Translations under genes and position numbers: made by a program
Shown here: positions 33,208 through 37,819 of the stretch, piece after piece
Numbering within the stretch: position 1 is the stretch's first letter
Layout: every line of letters begins with the position of its first letter
Notes under the pieces: generated by a model
The model's input: the letters and a program-made list of their open reading frames with translations, nothing else
The model's database searches: none
Told to the model about the DNA's origin: nothing
NCBI GenBank assembly: GCA_964346135.1
Contig: CAYFTS010000056.1
Span: forward strand, 1-37,819
Direction: 5' to 3'
DNA from: an uncultured Candidatus Bathyarchaeia archaeon
GTDB lineage: Archaea; Thermoproteota; Bathyarchaeia; Bathyarchaeales; Bathyarchaeaceae
DNA length: 37,819 bases

Positions 33208-33603
33208 TCATTCGCTCTCTTTGTCTTCGTCTTTTGGCTCTGGTTCATTCTTTGGGGGTGCTTCTCGCTTCTGGTTCGGTTTCTTGTTGGGGAAAGCAGG
33301 TACTGTGTACGCATCAACGACGCCTGGAATCTGATTTAACTTTTTATGTATGAAGTCTAAGGCTTGATTCGAGTTGTCGGCGTCAAACCACATGGCTACG
33401 TCCCAAGTTCCGAAAACGTTCATGACATACTGCAGGTCTACTCCGGGGCTAGGCTTTTGGGGAAGACCTCTTAGATTGCTTATTGTATCGATTACTTTCG
33501 TTGGACTCAGTTTCAGTAGAACCAAATATTGTGTCACACCAATACACCTCCGATTCTGTTTCCGATTCTTACTAGTGTTAAAGCTTCTAGCATTGAAAAT
33601 CAT
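33208..33603 (-). CDS. Stand-alone Lrp/AsnC-type ligand-binding (RAM) domain protein with a K/E/P-rich tail
   Basis: YLVLLKLSPTKVIDTISNLRGLPQ...VDLQYVMNVFGTWDVAMWFDADNSNQALDFIHKKLNQIPGVVDAYTVPAF matches the beta-alpha-beta-beta-alpha-beta pattern of AsnC_trans_reg domains. No HTH is visible. The start is uncertain; an internal GTG is possible. Confidence 0.5.
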   Translation of the reverse strand: MIFNARSFNTSKNRKQNRRCIGVTQYLVLLKLSPTKVIDTISNLRGLPQKPSPGVDLQYVMNVFGTWDVAMWFDADNSNQALDFIHKKLNQIPGVVDAYTVPAFPNKKPNQKREAPPKNEPEPKDEDKESE

Positions 33604-33691
33604 TTAACTCTTGTGAACTGCAAATAATGATTAATAAAGTACATTTACGTTTCATTCAAAAACTAAAACCAGTCAGTAAATCAACAATAAC

Positions 33692-34144
33692 TTATGCTAA
33701 ATAGACTCCTGCAGCAACAACCAAATAGAGACCAAAACCCATTGCTTGACGCATCATGTCTGAAGCAGGCCAAAACCAACTCGTAGCACCACTAAAATGA
33801 TATCCAGCCAAAAACCATGCAAGACTTACCTCAACTGGAAGGTTCACTATTTTTGACAGTTGCTGAGGCAAACTTATGAAATGCGAATTAAAACATAAGA
33901 TCAGGTAGATTGGAAGATTAATCAAAAAGTCAAATATTGTTAGTCCCAGTGGAACGCCGTAGTTTTCCATGAACATCCGTACATATGGATTAGCTTCGTT
34001 CGCTGGTGTTGTGCAAAATATGAGGGTTGCAAAGTAATCGAATAAAATGAAAGTGAACAGCAAACAAGTTCTTTTCAACCAAATATTATTTTTTGGAATT
34101 AAATATTTTCCAAAAAATTGAACGTTGCTCCACTTGTTCTCCAT
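33692..34144 (-). CDS. Small polytopic membrane protein, DUF5658-like
   Basis: Four hydrophobic segments. The motif LFDYFATLIFCTTPANEANPYVRMF resembles the D-x3-T ... E-x-NP signature I associate with DUF5658-type membrane proteins. Confidence 0.5.
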   Translation of the reverse strand: MENKWSNVQFFGKYLIPKNNIWLKRTCLLFTFILFDYFATLIFCTTPANEANPYVRMFMENYGVPLGLTIFDFLINLPIYLILCFNSHFISLPQQLSKIVNLPVEVSLAWFLAGYHFSGATSWFWPASDMMRQAMGFGLYLVVAAGVYLA

Positions 34145-34314
34145 CTTAATTCTCTTCTACTCCCTTTTGTTTGCACTTTTTCTTCATAAAATATATGGAA
34201 TTTCAGCAAATTAAACCTATTTCATTGTTTTATGTAAATAGCCATCATCCATTAAATCGATTTCGCTTTAACGTTGCAATCCATTTTTGCTATGTTCTTT
34301 TTTTCGAAATAAGG

Positions 34315-34323
34315 TTTAATTTA
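34315..34323 (+). promoter_or_regulatory. TATA-box-like element upstream of lonB
   Basis: TTTAATTTA is centred about 34 nt upstream of ATG 34353, consistent with a very short or absent leader. Confidence 0.3.
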
Positions 34324-34352
34324 TCTAAAGTCTTGTTTCATCATAGAAGACC

Positions 34353-36584
34353 ATGTCACCACCTGAAAACACCAGCGAAGCTAGTGCAAAAGCAACATTA
34401 GATTATTTCAGCGAGGAAGAAGAAATCATCCGCGGCAAGAAATGGAACTGGAAGACATTCAAATCTACAAAAGATTATCCAGTTTCCACCAACCTACTCG
34501 AGTGGGTTATCGGACAAGAACGAGCGTTAAATGAATGTTATCTCTGCCTTAAAGAATGGGTTCATAAGCTCAAGTATCTTGAAAAGGAGGAATGGTGTGA
34601 CACTTGGAAAAACCCGAAGAAGGAGAAGCCGGAAGTAACAAAAATGATTTCTCCTGGACCATACCTTCTGTTGCTTGGAGACCCTGGGACAGGCAAATCC
34701 TTGATTGGGAGGGCGCTTGCAGCCCATCTAACTGAACTGTACAAACTACACAAGATTCAACTTCAAGATGTTGTCTGTTGGTCAAACAAGTTGATTCCAA
34801 GTGAACCTAAAATTTCATGTCATCCTGCTGGTGATGGAAAAAAGATTATTTTGAAAGAGAAATTGAAGGAAGCCAAGAAACTATTTCTTCAAAGAGCTGG
34901 AATCAAATTTCTAACTTACCTAATGATAGCGGTAGCCGCAATTTTCCTGTTTGCGGGTTTCTACTACTTGTGGCAACAGAAACTTATCTGGGACGCGAAC
35001 GCAACAATTGATACTCCCTTCTACTACGGCCCAGTACAAGCAAGATACAATGGTGATTTTCTGAAATTCATATTGGATGCTTTCGTTAATATCGGAAGCA
35101 CAACATTCCTTCCAGCTGGAATGATGCTGATGTTGCTGTTGCTCGTAGTCATTATTGGACGCTTTGGAATTTTAGGTGGTTCTAAGGGAATAAGTGGAGC
35201 TAAAGCAACTAATGTGCCAAAGCTTATAGTTGACAATTCAAGAAAGGTTGCTCCGTTCATAGATGCTACTGGTCATGGGTCTGCTCAGTTGTTTGGAAGC
35301 ATTGCTTGGGATCCATTGCAGACTGGTGGTCTAGGAACGCCAGAGCACCAAAGAGTGACCACAGGAGATGTTCACAGGGCTCATCTTGGCATTATTTACA
35401 TCGACGAAATTAAGAACTTGAAGCCAAATGAGGCAGTTACGTTGCTGACTGTCCTAGAAGACGGTCAATTGCCCATAACGTTAAGAAGCAGGTGGAGTGA
35501 CGCTGGTGGAACCGCGGCAATGGCTGTAGCAACCGAACCTGTCCCATGCATGTGTTTTTTGGTCGGCGCTGGAAACTTCGACAGCATAGGACAAATTCAC
35601 CCTGCACTTATGGACAGAATTTATGGCTATGGCAAAGTTGTCCGAATGAACAATGATATGCCTAACACTGTTGAAAACCGTCGCAAATATGTTCAGTTTA
35701 TTGCCCAAGAAGTTTCTCGGTTCCACTTAATTCCTTTCAGCAGAGAAGCCTGCGAAGAAATCATTGATGAAGGACGTAGGCGAAGCAACAAAAAAGACGC
35801 ATTAAGCACAAAGTTTCGACCAATGATAGCCACAGTGAAAACTGCTGCTACCTTAGCAATGGACGAGAACTCGCAAGTGGTCAAAAGAAAGCATGTTAAA
35901 GAAGCAATAGATAAACATTGTAAAACCATTCAAAAGCAAATTCTTGAACATCAAATGAACGAAAGGGGAAAACTGCTTGAAATAAGGCCTGAAGGAGCGA
36001 AGCTCGGCCAAATTTATGGAATCGCTGTTGTCGCCGATCCCTACAGTGGAGAAATGACTGGTAACGTCTTAACTGTTAAAGGCTTATTGGAAAAACGCAG
36101 TAAACAACAAAAGAATCCTTTAGGAGAATACTACAAAGTCACTGGAATAGCAAAAGGAGAAAAAGAAAAATTCATTACAGACAGTGTTGCAAAAGTCAGA
36201 AGTGTCATGTTACAGAGGTATGGCGTTGACATTGCCTATGACTATTTCTCGCACATAGATTTCGCTCAAGCCTATGGCGTTGATGGACCCAGCGCTGGAG
36301 TTACAATGACTATTCTTCTTTGCTCATTAATAGAAGGAAAGCCTATTCGACAAGACGTTGCCGTAACCGGAGAAATCAACATTGGCGTGGATAATGTGAT
36401 ACAGGTAACGGCAGTTGGTGGGCTCCACGAGAAGATTAAGGCGGCAGAAACGTGGGGGTTCAAGAAAGTGATTATTCCAGCTAAGAATTATAAGCATTCA
36501 ATAGATCCCGCAGACTATAATGTGGAAGTTATTGGCGGCGAAACATTGGATGATTATCTGAAAGAATGTTTGGTTAGCTCCTGA
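34353..36584 (+). CDS. lonB: Archaeal membrane-bound Lon protease (LonB)
   Basis: VIGQERAL, Walker A GDPGTGKS, two TM helices inserted in the AAA+ module (FLTYLMIAVAAIFLFAGFYYLW and FLPAGMMLMLLLLVVIIGRF), and Walker B IIYIDEI. The protease domain has the catalytic Ser in DGPSAGVTM and Lys in GGLHEKIKAA. Confidence 0.92.
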   Translation: MSPPENTSEASAKATLDYFSEEEEIIRGKKWNWKTFKSTKDYPVSTNLLEWVIGQERALNECYLCLKEWVHKLKYLEKEEWCDTWKNPKKEKPEVTKMISPGPYLLLLGDPGTGKSLIGRALAAHLTELYKLHKIQLQDVVCWSNKLIPSEPKISCHPAGDGKKIILKEKLKEAKKLFLQRAGIKFLTYLMIAVAAIFLFAGFYYLWQQKLIWDANATIDTPFYYGPVQARYNGDFLKFILDAFVNIGSTTFLPAGMMLMLLLLVVIIGRFGILGGSKGISGAKATNVPKLIVDNSRKVAPFIDATGHGSAQLFGSIAWDPLQTGGLGTPEHQRVTTGDVHRAHLGIIYIDEIKNLKPNEAVTLLTVLEDGQLPITLRSRWSDAGGTAAMAVATEPVPCMCFLVGAGNFDSIGQIHPALMDRIYGYGKVVRMNNDMPNTVENRRKYVQFIAQEVSRFHLIPFSREACEEIIDEGRRRSNKKDALSTKFRPMIATVKTAATLAMDENSQVVKRKHVKEAIDKHCKTIQKQILEHQMNERGKLLEIRPEGAKLGQIYGIAVVADPYSGEMTGNVLTVKGLLEKRSKQQKNPLGEYYKVTGIAKGEKEKFITDSVAKVRSVMLQRYGVDIAYDYFSHIDFAQAYGVDGPSAGVTMTILLCSLIEGKPIRQDVAVTGEINIGVDNVIQVTAVGGLHEKIKAAETWGFKKVIIPAKNYKHSIDPADYNVEVIGGETLDDYLKECLVSS

Positions 36585-36738
36585 TTAAAATTCAAAACTC
36601 TTTTGAGCAGAGTTCTGGTAAGGCAGATCACTTATTTCTAATACATATTTTGGCTTCAGAAGTATAAAATATAAGATTAAAACAATGAGCATCCAAATCT
36701 GGGGTCGATTCGAATTCAGAAACTGAGGCTGATATCCG

Positions 36739-37674
36739 GTGGAAACAACAACCGAAAAACCTGAACGACTAGTTAACTTGTACGAGGATAATGCACGGGT
36801 ATGGAAACTTCTTAGGAAGGATAAGGAGCCCCTTAAGTCGCTTCAGGTCATTGAGGATATGCTTCTTGGTTTTGGGCTTTCAAACAATGAGATACGGGTT
36901 TACATTCATCTTGCAAGGACTGGAGTGCGTAAAGCGCGTGAAATTTCGGATGCTCTTTCTCTTCATAGAACTGAAACTTATAGAATCTTGCGTGATTTGG
37001 AAAAGAGAGGGCTTGTATCTTCCATTTTAGAAAAACCTTTGAAATTTATGGCTACGCCATTTGAAGAAACAATTGATATTCTCATAAAAGCGAAAAAACA
37101 AACGATAAAACTTCTTGAAAGACAGAAAGAAAATCTCGTCAACATTTGGTTTTCTATTCCTCAACAAAAGACGGAGCCTCAAAGTAAGGAGGTTTTTCAG
37201 ATACTGGAAGGGGAAGAACAGATCAATTTGAAAGCTGATGAACTTCTTGAGAATTCCAAAAAAGAAATTTACTTGCTTGCACCTGATTTAGACCTCTTAC
37301 GCCTTTATCATTCAGGCTTCACAGATAAACTGGAAAAATTCTCGGGGAAACGCTTTCAAGTTCAACTGTTAACCAATTATTCGGCAAAAAGTCGCTTTAT
37401 TGTTGATAAAATGAAATTAACTGATGTAAAGTACTTGTCCTCGAATGTTAAGGAGCTTCCAAGCTTCATAATATCTGATCAAGGGCAAATTCTGTTTTCA
37501 ATAAAAAATGATAACGATTTACAGGATGTTGGAGTGAGAAGAAAAAAGGGAAGAATATCTTCTCTATGGACAAATTACGAAGCCTTTGTCAAAGCTCTAA
37601 AAATGCTTTTCTTTGAGTTGTGGAACACTGGAACATCATCTTCGCTTAGTACTGGTTTATCTGGAAAACAGTGA
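36739..37674 (+). CDS. TrmB-family transcriptional regulator
   Basis: The N-terminal winged HTH, GLSNNEIRVYIHLARTGVRKAREISDALSLHRTETYRILRDLEKRGLVSSILEKPLKFMATPFEE, is a near-textbook TrmB DNA-binding domain. A coiled-coil and a C-terminal effector-type domain follow. GTG start. Confidence 0.85.
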   Translation: METTTEKPERLVNLYEDNARVWKLLRKDKEPLKSLQVIEDMLLGFGLSNNEIRVYIHLARTGVRKAREISDALSLHRTETYRILRDLEKRGLVSSILEKPLKFMATPFEETIDILIKAKKQTIKLLERQKENLVNIWFSIPQQKTEPQSKEVFQILEGEEQINLKADELLENSKKEIYLLAPDLDLLRLYHSGFTDKLEKFSGKRFQVQLLTNYSAKSRFIVDKMKLTDVKYLSSNVKELPSFIISDQGQILFSIKNDNDLQDVGVRRKKGRISSLWTNYEAFVKALKMLFFELWNTGTSSSLSTGLSGKQ

Positions 37675-37710
37675 TGGAGAAGCCAACTGTTTACTTTTGC
37701 AACGCTCTGA

Positions 37711-37733
37711 ATGTGTAGCATCAAGATACACAC
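37711..37733. promoter_or_regulatory. Palindromic motif copy 4, a putative operator/UAS
   Basis: The plus-strand reading is ATGTGTAGCATCAAGATACACAC. It lies 49 nt upstream of ATG 37782 (pilin-like ORF) and 37 nt downstream of the TrmB-family gene stop. Confidence 0.5.
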
Positions 37734-37781
37734 AAACGGTTTATCCTTACCATAAAGTAAACTTTTGTGGTGAAAACAAAA

Positions 37782-37819
37782 ATGAAGGGATTTCTAAAGA
37801 GTAAAAGAGGATTAAGCAC
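37782..37819 (+). CDS. Start of a probable class-III signal peptide (archaeal pilin-like) protein, truncated by the right window edge
   Basis: ATG 37782 opens MKGFLKSKRGLS.... The K-R-G-L-S N-terminus is the typical prepilin-peptidase recognition context of archaeal pilin-like proteins. Only 12 codons are visible, so this is tentative. Confidence 0.3.
   Translation, partial: MKGFLKSKRGLS

Noticed and set aside
32960-33353. Track ORFs 32960-33211 (minus), 33142-33339 and 33150-33353 (plus)
   Set aside because: Their composition is implausible. They overlap the promoter region carrying the palindrome or lie antisense to the RAM-domain ORF, and there is no motif support.
36701-36717. GGGGTCGATTCGAATTC, resembling a tRNA T-arm/T-loop
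   Set aside because: I could not build an acceptor stem, D-arm or anticodon arm from the flanking sequence. It is probably a chance match in the lonB-TrmB intergenic region.
28023-37733. Possibility that the repeated 23-bp palindromes are CRISPR repeats or MITE termini
   Set aside because: The copies are kilobases apart, not regularly spaced with short spacers. No cas genes or transposase are present, and the flanks share no extended similarity. They are treated instead as candidate operator sites.
37613-37804. Plus-strand ORF 37613-37804, and an open minus-strand frame entering from the right edge
   Set aside because: The plus ORF overlaps the 3' end of the TrmB-family gene out of frame and spans the palindrome. 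The minus-frame translation (..FRNPFIFVFTTKVYFMVRINRLCV..) has no recognisable features. The short MKGFLKSKRGLS start at 37782 is the more plausible reading.

Overview
This window reads as a gene-dense archaeal chromosomal segment. The evidence is an archaeal-type cofactor-independent phosphoglycerate mutase (ApgM), a membrane-inserted LonB protease, a TrmB-family regulator, class-III (pilin-like) signal peptides, TATA-like AT-rich boxes upstream of genes, and a non-pyrrolysine MttB-family methyltransferase. The lineage cannot be fixed without a database search. I found no rRNA, tRNA, CRISPR array, transposase or integrase.

Housekeeping and ordinary content:
- a complete Opp/Dpp-type ABC importer
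- apgM
- a saccharopine-dehydrogenase-family enzyme
- a CBS-pair protein
- a GT-B glycosyltransferase
- lonB
- a TrmB-family regulator

Unusual content:
1. A minus-strand operon (1-6915) alternates dockerin-tagged proteins with cohesin-bearing secreted proteins. The dockerin-tagged ones are the transporter's substrate-binding protein and a BNR/Asp-box propeller.
2. The substrate-binding protein appears circularly permuted relative to canonical family-5 SBPs.
3. An 881-aa protein has five CxxCH haem motifs, a central hydrophobic hairpin, a CARDB-like module and a C-terminal dockerin. If the dockerin call holds, this would be a c-type cytochrome plugged into the same cohesin-dockerin system.
4. 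A MoxR-type AAA+ ATPase and VWA protein pair is surrounded by small uncharacterised coiled-coil proteins, two of which are paralogues.
5. A 23-bp palindrome (GTGTGTAGCA-N6-TACACAC) recurs four times, only in intergenic regions, upstream of those uncharacterised genes and of a pilin-like gene at the right edge.

All domain calls come from by-eye motif recognition. Domain boundaries are approximate, and nothing here has been checked by a database or profile search.
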